In this document: positions 1 through 7,820 of the stretch, piece after piece
Position numbering within the stretch: the stretch's first letter is position 1
How the letters are laid out: each line of letters begins with the position of its first letter
Assembly: GCA_963667785.2 (NCBI GenBank)
Contig: CAXXMU010000002.1
Span: 544,001 to 608,000 of the forward strand
Length of the DNA: 64,000 nt
Direction: 5' to 3'
DNA from: Alphaproteobacteria bacterium
Lineage (GTDB): Bacteria > Pseudomonadota > Alphaproteobacteria > UBA828
Notes under the pieces: model-generated
What the model saw: only the letters and a program-made list of their open reading frames with translations
Databases searched by the model: none
Told to the model about the DNA's origin: nothing
Translations under genes and position numbers: made by a program

Positions 1-191
1 GTGGGTGATGCTCGCCGTCTCCGCCGCCGGTCTCGGTCTCGTGGCCGGCCTCGTCGCGACGGACCGCCTGCGCCACCGCTGAGGCGGATATATCAAGTCG
101 GGTCTGGCGCGGTGCCAGCGGTAATGATATGGGGGCGGCCCAGCGAAGGGGTGCCAGGGCTGCGTCGTCCGGACGCAGGGGGAGAGAGTTC

Positions 192-530
192 ATGGAAGTG
201 ACGACCGAACGACAGAACGGCGTGCTGTCCGCCCTCGTGAGCGGCCGCGTCGATTCCACCAATGCCAGAGAGTTCGAGGAGCAGATCAGACACGCGATCG
301 AGGACGATGACCGCGCCGTGATCATGGACTTCGAGCAGCTCGCCTACATCAGCAGCGCGGGCTTGCGCGCCGTGCTGATGACTGCGAAGAACCTGTGGAG
401 GCGGGAGGCGACGTTCGCGCTCTGTGCGCTGCCGGACGTGGTGCGGGAGGTCTTCGAGGTGAGCGGCTTCGACAAGATCATCACCATCCATCCGTCTCGC
501 GAAGAGGCGCTGGCAGCCGTCGAGGGATGA
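192..530 (+). CDS. STAS-domain anti-sigma factor antagonist (RsbV/SpoIIAA family)
   Basis: 112 aa MEVTTERQNG...; motifs GRVDSTNA, DFEQLAYISSAGLR (phosphoacceptor Ser) and VREVFEVSGF; GGAGAG RBS before ATG 192. Confidence 0.9.
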   Translation: MEVTTERQNGVLSALVSGRVDSTNAREFEEQIRHAIEDDDRAVIMDFEQLAYISSAGLRAVLMTAKNLWRREATFALCALPDVVREVFEVSGFDKIITIHPSREEALAAVEG

Positions 531-547
531 CGGCGGGGGGCCATGCG

Positions 548-1204
548 ATGCTGACCTTTACCGAGGAGATTCTGCTCCTTCTGCTCGACGACGAGGACGG
601 TTCCTTCGCGCCCATCCCCAAGTCCACGCTCTCGTGCGCGATCGCGGGCGCCGTGCTGATGGACCTCGCCTTCGCCTACCGGATCGATACCGACCCCGAG
701 GCGCTCGTGGTCAGCGATCCGACGCCCACCGGCACTCCCATGCTCGATACCACGCTGGCGAAGATCGCGGCACACGAGCCGGGATCGGACACGCGGACCT
801 GGATCAGGGTGCTCTCCGTCGAGGATTCGCCCGGCATTCGCGAGCAGGCGCTGGAGAGCCTGGTGGCGCGCGGCATCGTGACGCGGCGCGAGGAGAGGGT
901 GCTCTGGGCCTTCCGCGCCCGGCGCTATCCCACGATCGACGGCAACGTGGAGCAGGAGGTCAAGCTGCGGATCGGGGAGGTCCTGCACTCGGACGAGATT
1001 CCCCACCCGCGCGATGTCGCGCTCATCGGCCTGGTGGACGCCTGCGACCTCCTGCGCGACATCTTCCCCGGCACCGACATCGAGCGACTGCGCCCGCGCG
1101 TCGACCAGCTCCGCCAGATGGACTTGATCGGCCGCGAGCTCGCCGGCGCCATCACGGACATCGAGCACACCGTGACCATGGCTCTCTCGGGCGCCCCCTA
1201 CTAG
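548..1204 (+). CDS. GOLPH3/GPP34 (Vps74-like) family protein
   Basis: MLTFTEEILLLLLDDEDG...AGAVLMDLA...LVARGIVTRREERVLWAF..RRYP...LIGLVDAC matches the bacterial GPP34 pattern; alternative start 527 overlaps the STAS stop (ATGA). Confidence 0.8.
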   Translation: MLTFTEEILLLLLDDEDGSFAPIPKSTLSCAIAGAVLMDLAFAYRIDTDPEALVVSDPTPTGTPMLDTTLAKIAAHEPGSDTRTWIRVLSVEDSPGIREQALESLVARGIVTRREERVLWAFRARRYPTIDGNVEQEVKLRIGEVLHSDEIPHPRDVALIGLVDACDLLRDIFPGTDIERLRPRVDQLRQMDLIGRELAGAITDIEHTVTMALSGAPY

Positions 1205-1272
1205 AGTCCCGTTTCCGACGTTCGCGTGCTTTCGAAGCGCGCGTCTGACCTGCACCAACCATCCAGTCTCAT

Positions 1273-1311
1273 CGTCATACCCCGGACCTGTTCCGGGGGC
1301 CGGCCATGACG
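1273..1311. repeat. Internally deleted copy of the CGTC-tagged palindromic (REP-like) element
   Basis: CGTCATACCCCGGACCTGTTCCGGGG joined directly to CCGGCCATGACG, i.e. the left arm plus the right end of the elements at 14694 and 39486. Confidence 0.7.
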
Positions 1312-1427
1312 CGACGGGGGCCGAACACCGCTCCCTCACGTGGCGACCGGAAGTGGGATTCGCCAAGGGGGGGCATGCGGGATTTCGTGGGATAGCGAGG
1401 GATTCCGCGGGGTCTGGCGGCCTCCAT

Positions 1428-1461
1428 ATCCCACTTGAGCACCTGATCCCGCTTGAGCACC
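1428..1461. repeat. 18-bp tandem duplication
   Basis: ATCCCACTTGAGCACCTG followed by ATCCCGCTTGAGCACC. Confidence 0.8.
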
Positions 1462-1664
1462 GGCTCCCCCGCCACGCCCCGCTCCTTCCCGCTCGTCTCC
1501 GCTCTCGCCCATCATGCCGCAACCCTCGCACGCCCCTCGCACGAGTGGCACCGCACCATGGTCCGGGGAATGTGAGGCGGCGGGCGGGCGACCGAAGCGC
1601 GCCATCGCCGCCGGCCGTCGCACCGTCGCCGAGAGTCGGGATTGCAGGGGCAGGCGGCGGATGT

Positions 1665-1680
1665 GTAATATAATAACATA
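1665..1680 (+). promoter_or_regulatory. Putative Zur box overlapping a -10 element
   Basis: AT-rich island GTAATATAATAACATA (reverse complement TATGTTATTATATTAC) resembles the alphaproteobacterial Zur motif; contains TATAAT at 1669-1674; lies 77 bp before a His-rich outer-membrane protein. Confidence 0.7.
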
Positions 1681-1757
1681 GTCGATAGCCGATGGAGCCG
1701 GCAGGCGGGCTGCGGTTCGCTTCAGGCGCTGCCATTGCAGGGTAGGGGGAGAAGGAC

Positions 1758-3272
1758 ATGCGATACGCCGTTGGCATCGCCGCGACCGTTGCGGTTGCGG
1801 CTTCCCTTGCAGCACCGCGGGCGGAAGCCCAGACGGAGAGCGACGTTCCCTTCGCCGCCGGTCTGGCACTGGAAATTCAGGCGCTCAGGGAGGACTACGA
1901 AGCCCGGATCAGGGCGCTGGAAGAGCAACTCGAGGCGCTGCGGTCCGGCTCCCCCGGCAAGCCGACCGGCCATGACGATCACGGCCATGCACCCCACGAC
2001 GACATGGGAGCGCGCGCCGGGGAAGGCGGCGCGCCCGACGTGAGCATCGCCGCTGTTCTGAGGGGCATGGTCACGTCCCATTCCGCCGAGGATTCGGCGC
2101 CTGCCGGCTTCCGTCTCGGCCACGAGAGCGAGCGCCCGCCGGAGGGCTTCTCGCTCGGTCACAGCGAGCTGGTGTTGTCGAGCCAGGTCAGCGACGCGTT
2201 GCAGGGCACTCTCACGCTCGGCGTCGGCGCACACCCGGGCGAGCCTACAGAGCTGGAACTCGAGGAGGCGTACATCCGCACCCTGTCGGGCGCCGGCCTG
2301 CCGCCGGGCCTGAGCCTGACCGCCGGTCGCGCCCTCTGGAATTTCGGCTACCTCAACGAGCGTCACGCGCACGAGGACGACTTCAGCGACCGTCCCCTGC
2401 CTTACCGGGCCTTCCTCGACGGCGCGTACAACGATGACGGCGTCGAGCTCGCGCTGTCGTTGCCCGGCAGCGTCCGCACCGAGGTGGGCGGCGGCCTGTT
2501 CCGCGGCGACGATCTTCCCTTCGGCGGCTCCGATACCGGCCGCCGGGCGTGGTCGGCCTTTGCCCGCGTCGGCGGGGACATGGGACGCGACTCGTCCTGG
2601 AGGATCGGTGCCTCCATCCTGGGCGGGCAGGTGATCGGCGGCGCCGGCGGCCATGCGCACGAAGAGGACGCGCATGGCGAGGAGGCCGGCCACGCCGACG
2701 AGATGGACGACCACGCCGACGAGATGGACGACCACGCCGACGAGATGGACGACCATGCCGACGAGATGGATGACCACGCCGACGAGATGGATGACCACGC
2801 AGACGAGGACTTCGCGCCGTCGGACTTCTTCTACGACGGCATGTTCACCGGCGACCGGCAGCTCCTCGGCGCCGACGTCCGCTACGCCTGGTCGCCCACC
2901 GGCGATGCCAGGCAGACCCAGTTGATCCTTCAGGGCGAGCACTTCTGGCAGACGGACGCCGGCACCTACACGCTGGAAGAGCACACGCTGGCGAGCGACG
3001 GCAGCAGCGCCGGCTGGTACGCGCAGGCGGTCTACAAGGTCGCGCCGGAATGGCGCCTCGGCGTGCGCTATGCCCGCCTCCGCCCGTCGAACATGGCGGA
3101 AACCGACCACGACCCGAGCGCGGTCGCCGTCATGGGCGACTGGACCACCAGCCGGTTCGGGCAGGTGCGCCTGCAGTACAACCGGGAATCGATGACGGGC
3201 GGCGAGGAGGACAATCAGCTCATCCTCCAGTACACGGTCAGTCTGGGCGGGCACGCCGGTCACGACCACTGA
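1758..3272 (+). CDS. His-rich outer-membrane beta-barrel/porin (family often labelled zinc-regulated TonB-dependent receptor)
   Basis: Signal peptide, N-terminal coiled coil (EIQALREDYEARIRALEEQLEAL), GYLNERHAHEDDFSDRPL motif, amphipathic strands, C-terminus QYTVSLGGHAGHDH; GGAGAAGG RBS. Confidence 0.75.
   Translation: MRYAVGIAATVAVAASLAAPRAEAQTESDVPFAAGLALEIQALREDYEARIRALEEQLEALRSGSPGKPTGHDDHGHAPHDDMGARAGEGGAPDVSIAAVLRGMVTSHSAEDSAPAGFRLGHESERPPEGFSLGHSELVLSSQVSDALQGTLTLGVGAHPGEPTELELEEAYIRTLSGAGLPPGLSLTAGRALWNFGYLNERHAHEDDFSDRPLPYRAFLDGAYNDDGVELALSLPGSVRTEVGGGLFRGDDLPFGGSDTGRRAWSAFARVGGDMGRDSSWRIGASILGGQVIGGAGGHAHEEDAHGEEAGHADEMDDHADEMDDHADEMDDHADEMDDHADEMDDHADEDFAPSDFFYDGMFTGDRQLLGADVRYAWSPTGDARQTQLILQGEHFWQTDAGTYTLEEHTLASDGSSAGWYAQAVYKVAPEWRLGVRYARLRPSNMAETDHDPSAVAVMGDWTTSRFGQVRLQYNRESMTGGEEDNQLILQYTVSLGGHAGHDH
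2691..2807 (+). repeat. 21-bp coding tandem repeat (HADEMDD x5 plus a partial unit)
   Basis: Unit CACGCCGACGAGATGGACGAC repeated 5 times with silent variants, then CACGCAGACGAG. Confidence 0.95.
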
Positions 3273-3347
3273 GCGGCGTCGCGACGCTGGAGGGGAGGGG
3301 CGGTATCGACTAGCATCCGGGCAGGCACCATCTGACGGGGACCGGCC

Positions 3348-4202
3348 TTGATCCTGCTCACCGGCGCGACCGGCACGACCGGGAGCGCCACCGTCGCCCA
3401 GCTTCGCGGGACGAACCGTCCGTTCCGCATCATGAGCCGCGACGTCGCCCGCGCGAGGCGGCAGTTCGGCTCAGGCCTCGACTATGTCGAGGGCGATTTC
3501 GCCGATCCCGGCACCCTCGCCGCCGCATTCGACGGCATCGAGACCCTCTCGCTCCTCTGCGCCTTCTCCGAATCGATGGTCGAGCTCGAGCTCAACGCCG
3601 TCGCGGCCGCCGAGCGGGCCGGCATCCGTCGCATCGTCAAGATGTCGGCGATCAAGGCCGCGCCCGACGCGCCGACCACCATCCGCCGCTGGCACGGGGT
3701 GATCGAGCAGCGCATCAACGAATCGGGGATCGCCTACACGCACCTCTGGCCCAACGCCTTCATGCAGAATTTCAGGCGTTTCGCGCCCCTCATCAGGGAG
3801 CGGGGGGAGTTCTATGCGCCGGTGGGGGAGGCGCGGATATCGCTGGTCGAGATCGAGGACGTGGCCGCGGTGACGGTCGCGGCGCTGGTGGAGGACGGGC
3901 ACGAGGGCGAGACCTACGAGATCACCGGGCCGGAGGCGATCTCCTATGCCGAATGCGCGGCGATCCTCACGCAGGAACTGGGCAGGCCGGTGCGCTACGT
4001 CTCCGTCAGCGACGAGGAGGCACGGGCCGCGCTCGGGGCCGCCGGCATCGGGCCCGAGGCGGCGCATGCGCTGGTCGAGATCGACGGCCTGTTCCGGGAG
4101 GGATTCGGCGCGCCCGTGACCGACGTGGTCGAGCGCGTGACCGGGCGAAGCCCCCGCGACTTCCGCACCTTCGCGCGGGAGAACGCGGCGCTCTTCCGCT
4201 AG
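3348..4202 (+). CDS. NmrA-like / atypical SDR NAD(P)-binding oxidoreductase
   Basis: ILLTGATGTTGS Rossmann motif, PNAFMQN, YEITGPEAISY; TTG start. Confidence 0.85.
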   Translation: MILLTGATGTTGSATVAQLRGTNRPFRIMSRDVARARRQFGSGLDYVEGDFADPGTLAAAFDGIETLSLLCAFSESMVELELNAVAAAERAGIRRIVKMSAIKAAPDAPTTIRRWHGVIEQRINESGIAYTHLWPNAFMQNFRRFAPLIRERGEFYAPVGEARISLVEIEDVAAVTVAALVEDGHEGETYEITGPEAISYAECAAILTQELGRPVRYVSVSDEEARAALGAAGIGPEAAHALVEIDGLFREGFGAPVTDVVERVTGRSPRDFRTFARENAALFR

Positions 4203-4215
4203 CGCCACCGGGCGG

Positions 4216-5127
4216 ATGAGCGACACCCCCTATCCCCGCGACATGGTGGGCTACGGCCGCAACCGGCCGCACCCGCGCTGGCCGGGCGATACGCGCATCG
4301 CCGTGCAGTTCGTCATCAACTACGAGGAGGGCGCGGAGAACAGCGTGCTCCACGGCGACGCCGGCTCGGAGACGCTGCTGACCGAGTTCGGCTTCGCCGA
4401 GCCTCGCATCGGCGAGCGCGCGCTGCCCATCGAATCCATGTACGAGTTCGGCAGCCGCGTCGGCTTCTGGCGCCTCCACCGGCTCTTCACCGAGCGCGGC
4501 GTGCCGGTCACGGTCTTCGGCGTCGCCATGGCGCTCGCGCGAAACCCCGACGCGGTCGCCGCGATGGTCGAGGCGGACTGGGAGATCGCGAGCCACGGCT
4601 ACCGCTGGATCGACTATCACGCCGTGCCCGAGGCAGACGAGCGCGCGCATATCGAGAAAACGATCGCGATCCAGCGGGAGCTCACCGGCACGCGCCCGCT
4701 CGGCTACTTCCTCGGCCGCCGCAGCCCCAACACCGTGCGCCTCGTGGCGGAGGAGGGAGGCTTCCTCTACAGCCAGGATTCCTACGCCGACGAGCTGCCC
4801 TACTGGGTGGAAGAAGGTGGCCGGCGCCTGCTGATGATCCCCTACACGGCGGATCACAACGACCACCGCTTCGCCACCGCGCCGGGCTTCGACTGGGGCG
4901 AGCCCTTCCTCGCCTATCTGCGGGACGCCTTCGACGTGCTCTACGAGGAGGGCGCCGAGCGACCCGGCATGATGAGCATCGGCTTGCACAGCCGGCTGGT
5001 CGGCCGGCCGGGCCGCTTCGCCGCGCTCCGACGCTTCGTCGACCACGTGCTCGCCCACGACCGGGTCTGGCTCTGCCGCGGCATCGACATCGCCCGCCAC
5101 TGGCGGGCGCGGGAGGACGCGGGCTAG
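4216..5127 (+). CDS. puuE: Allantoinase PuuE (polysaccharide deacetylase fold)
   Basis: YPRDMVGYGRNRPHPRWP, INYEEGAENSVLHGD, ESMYEFGSRVGFWRL, ASHGYRW, DSYADELPYW, MMSIGLHSRLVGRPGR. Confidence 0.88.
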   Translation: MSDTPYPRDMVGYGRNRPHPRWPGDTRIAVQFVINYEEGAENSVLHGDAGSETLLTEFGFAEPRIGERALPIESMYEFGSRVGFWRLHRLFTERGVPVTVFGVAMALARNPDAVAAMVEADWEIASHGYRWIDYHAVPEADERAHIEKTIAIQRELTGTRPLGYFLGRRSPNTVRLVAEEGGFLYSQDSYADELPYWVEEGGRRLLMIPYTADHNDHRFATAPGFDWGEPFLAYLRDAFDVLYEEGAERPGMMSIGLHSRLVGRPGRFAALRRFVDHVLAHDRVWLCRGIDIARHWRAREDAG

Positions 5128-5140
5128 GTTCGAGGCGGCC

Positions 5141-7072
5141 TCACTCCAGTGCTGGGAGGCGCGCGCGAAGCCGGGCGATCTCGGCGTCGCTCACGTGCGC
5201 CGACCGGTACCAGGAGCGTTCCGACGCGCTCACGATGCGCTGGCGATCCGCCGGCACGTCGGGAACGAAGCCGATCCAGAGCTCGCTCATCTCGTCCGTG
5301 GTCTCCCAGCCCCAGGTCACCGTCTCGGGCTCCAGCGCCGGGTTCTGCGGGTTGTCGGCCGAGTTGTCGTAGCGCATCCAGGCGTCGATGCGGCTGCCCG
5401 CCGGCAGATGGACCGGCTCCTGATAGGCGAAGGTGTTCTGCCAGCGGAAGTCCCAGTCGGCGATGCGGATGAGCGGCGTCTCGCTGCCGTCCGGCAGGGT
5501 CGCGATGGCGACGAACTCGCGGCCGAGAAAATGCATGTGCGGGGTCACGTCGGTCAGCGTCATGCCGGAGGGCACGTTCATCGAGAAGCGCCGCCAGTAG
5601 TTCTCATCGCCCGGTGGAATGCGCAGGTCCTGGGTGCCGATGACCACGCCGTCGACATAGCGGTCGACGGGCTCCTTGGCGAAGTGGAAGCCCACCTCGC
5701 TCCGGTCGGTCGTGGCCTTGCCGTTCAGGTGGTAGTGCACTTCGAGCACCAGGTCCCCGCCCCTGGGCAGCCACATGCCGAGCCCCTGGTCGAGGACGTA
5801 GGGCTCCACGCCTGGCGCCCAGCCGCCGATGCCCCAGGCGTTGTAATCGAGGAACGCCCCGGTACCGAAGACGGAGAACCCCGGCTCCTCGTCCTTCGCG
5901 TCCTCGGCGCGGGCGGCGCCGCTGTAGTCCATGAGGTAGTTGGCGTGATGCACCACCGCGGCATCGCCGGGGCTGAATTCGAGGGCGGTCACCACCTTGT
6001 CTTCGGCGAAGCCGGTGGGGATGACGAAGTAGCGGTAGATGTCCTCGCCGTCCGCCGGCACAGGGAAGGGCTCGGGCATCCGAAGAACCAGGTCGGGCTC
6101 GCCGAGGCGCCATTTCGAGCCGGAGCGCACGGGAACTGGCATGGTGTCGCCGGCATCGCCCAGCCTGGCGCCGCTCTCCGACCAGGATGCCAGGAGCGCG
6201 ATCTGGTGGTCGCTGAGACGGCGCGCGTCGCGGAACGCCCCGAAGCCGGGCGCCGCCCGCCACGGCGGCATGAGTCGCTCGCCGGTCATGAAGGCGGCCA
6301 TCCGGTGCCAGCGCTTCGCGTTGTCGTAGCCTTCGAGGGAGAAGGGGGCGATCCCGCCCTGCCGATGGCACTCGACGCAGTTGGCTTCGAGCAGCGGCGC
6401 GACGTGGCGGTTGTAGGTGACGTCGCCCAGCCCTGCGCCGTTCGTGCCCGGCTCGTCCCAGACGTGATGGAAGCAGCCGATCGCCTCCGTCTCGTAGGGC
6501 TCGGGCTCGCCGCCGCCGGCCAGCGCCTCGATCACGGTGCGCAGGTCGTGCGAGCCGATCCGCGTGCGCAGCCTGCCCACGGCGGCGAAGCGGTCGTCGA
6601 TCCGGCCGCGGTAGACGATGCGGTCGGCGGTGGAGATCGCGAAGGACTCCGCCGTCACGCGCGGGCCGAGGCGGAGCGCAAGATCGCCGGTGCTGTCTAG
6701 AATGACCGGGAAGGAGGCCCCGAATTCGTTGGCGAAGTCCACGCTCTCCTGCCAGGTGATCCTGGGATTCGACAGGATTCCGTAGAGTGACAGGCCGCGC
6801 GCCTCCGCCTCGGCATGGAGCGCGTTGAGCGTGGGCACGTAGCGCGTGGCGACGGGGCAGGCCGTATCGAGGAAAACCAGCACGGCCGGCCGCACCGTGC
6901 CGGCAGAGACGCCGATCCGATGATGGTTGCCGGCGACGTCCGTCACCCGGACGCCGATCAGGTCGACACGGTCGCCTGCGCCCGGCGCTGCAGCCGCGGT
7001 CGTCGCGGATAGCGCCAGCAGGCAACCCAGGGCGAGCAGGACGCGGATTCGCTTCGAGACGACATTCATCAT
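5141..7072 (-). CDS. Exported redoxin + cytochrome c + copper type II (PHM/DBH-like) monooxygenase fusion protein
   Basis: Signal peptide; redoxin region FLDTACPV...YRGRIDD...AIGC; heme motif CVECH with LMPPW; copper ligands VVHH, LEVHYH, PHMH, DEM; ATG 7072 overlaps the TetR stop (ATGA). Confidence 0.8.
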   Translation of the reverse strand: MMNVVSKRIRVLLALGCLLALSATTAAAAPGAGDRVDLIGVRVTDVAGNHHRIGVSAGTVRPAVLVFLDTACPVATRYVPTLNALHAEAEARGLSLYGILSNPRITWQESVDFANEFGASFPVILDSTGDLALRLGPRVTAESFAISTADRIVYRGRIDDRFAAVGRLRTRIGSHDLRTVIEALAGGGEPEPYETEAIGCFHHVWDEPGTNGAGLGDVTYNRHVAPLLEANCVECHRQGGIAPFSLEGYDNAKRWHRMAAFMTGERLMPPWRAAPGFGAFRDARRLSDHQIALLASWSESGARLGDAGDTMPVPVRSGSKWRLGEPDLVLRMPEPFPVPADGEDIYRYFVIPTGFAEDKVVTALEFSPGDAAVVHHANYLMDYSGAARAEDAKDEEPGFSVFGTGAFLDYNAWGIGGWAPGVEPYVLDQGLGMWLPRGGDLVLEVHYHLNGKATTDRSEVGFHFAKEPVDRYVDGVVIGTQDLRIPPGDENYWRRFSMNVPSGMTLTDVTPHMHFLGREFVAIATLPDGSETPLIRIADWDFRWQNTFAYQEPVHLPAGSRIDAWMRYDNSADNPQNPALEPETVTWGWETTDEMSELWIGFVPDVPADRQRIVSASERSWYRSAHVSDAEIARLRARLPALE

Positions 7073-7620
7073 GGCCCCAGTCCTTCGAGCAGCGTGCGCA
7101 GCGCCAGGTCGGCCGCGTGCGCGGGTGCGAGCCTCCCCGCGGCCACCTCCGACCAAGCGAGCCAGATCTGCGCGTCGATGTTGGCGGCCGCCCAGCTGCG
7201 CGGCGTGTCGGCGGCGATCACGCCTTCCGCCTTGAGGTCGTCCACCAGCAGGGCGAGCCAGTCGAGTTCGTCTTCGTAGCGCTTGCGCACGCTTTCGTCG
7301 TCGACGGTCTCGGCTGCCAGGAAGTGATAGCGATCGCCGAGCGGCACCACCGCCTCCAGCATGCGCGAGAGGCGCTCCCGCGCCGTCCGTGCGTCCTCGA
7401 GCTCAGCCGCGGTCGCCGCGTCGATCTCGTCCATGCACCGTTGCGAGGCTGCGGCCAGCAGATCGCCGCGGGACGGGAAGTGGCGGTGCAGGCTGGCCCG
7501 GCCGACGCCGGCTCGGGTCGCGATCTCGGAGAGGGACGCGCCCGGATTGCGCGCAAGCGTGTCGATGGCCGCATCGAGAATGGCCTGGCGCATCGGGGGT
7601 CTGAGCGGTCGTTCAGGCAT
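7069..7620 (-). CDS. TetR/AcrR family transcriptional regulator
   Basis: AILDAAIDTLARNPGASLSEIATRAGVGRASLHRHFPSR helix-turn-helix. Confidence 0.92.
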   Translation of the reverse strand: MPERPLRPPMRQAILDAAIDTLARNPGASLSEIATRAGVGRASLHRHFPSRGDLLAAASQRCMDEIDAATAAELEDARTARERLSRMLEAVVPLGDRYHFLAAETVDDESVRKRYEDELDWLALLVDDLKAEGVIAADTPRSWAAANIDAQIWLAWSEVAAGRLAPAHAADLALRTLLEGLGP

Positions 7621-7628
7621 GGCCTAGC

Positions 7629-7644
7629 GATACACTACTGTCTC
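7629..7644. promoter_or_regulatory. Putative TetR operator
   Basis: Imperfect inverted repeat GATACA-CTAC-TGTCTC just upstream of tetR in an AT-rich patch, with a second GATACA half-site at 7649. Confidence 0.45.
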
Positions 7645-7820
7645 ATTCGATACAATACATAATCAACAAGCGCTCCGGTTCAAGGCCCCCGGACCCGTCT
7701 CGACGGCGCGATTCCGCGTGACGCCGCTTTCAGGGATCGCCGGTCTTGGTCACCCATTCGCACGGCCGCATGCTAGGATCGCGCGCCTCATTGCCAACCA
7801 CGATCCCGAGTGCCCCTTCC

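Noticed and set aside
104-120. Possible sigma54 promoter TGGCGCGGTGCCAGCG upstream of the STAS gene
   Set aside because: GG-N10-GC spacing is present but the TTGC element is missing; such matches are common at this GC content
1205-1757. Riboswitch or ncRNA in the long intergenic region before the His-rich porin
   Set aside because: No cobalamin, TPP, RNase P or other recognisable consensus found by eye; an Rfam/Infernal scan would be needed to exclude it
2691-2807. Regular 21-bp repeats as a possible CRISPR array
   Set aside because: The units are contiguous with no spacers, are in frame within a CDS, and there are no cas genes
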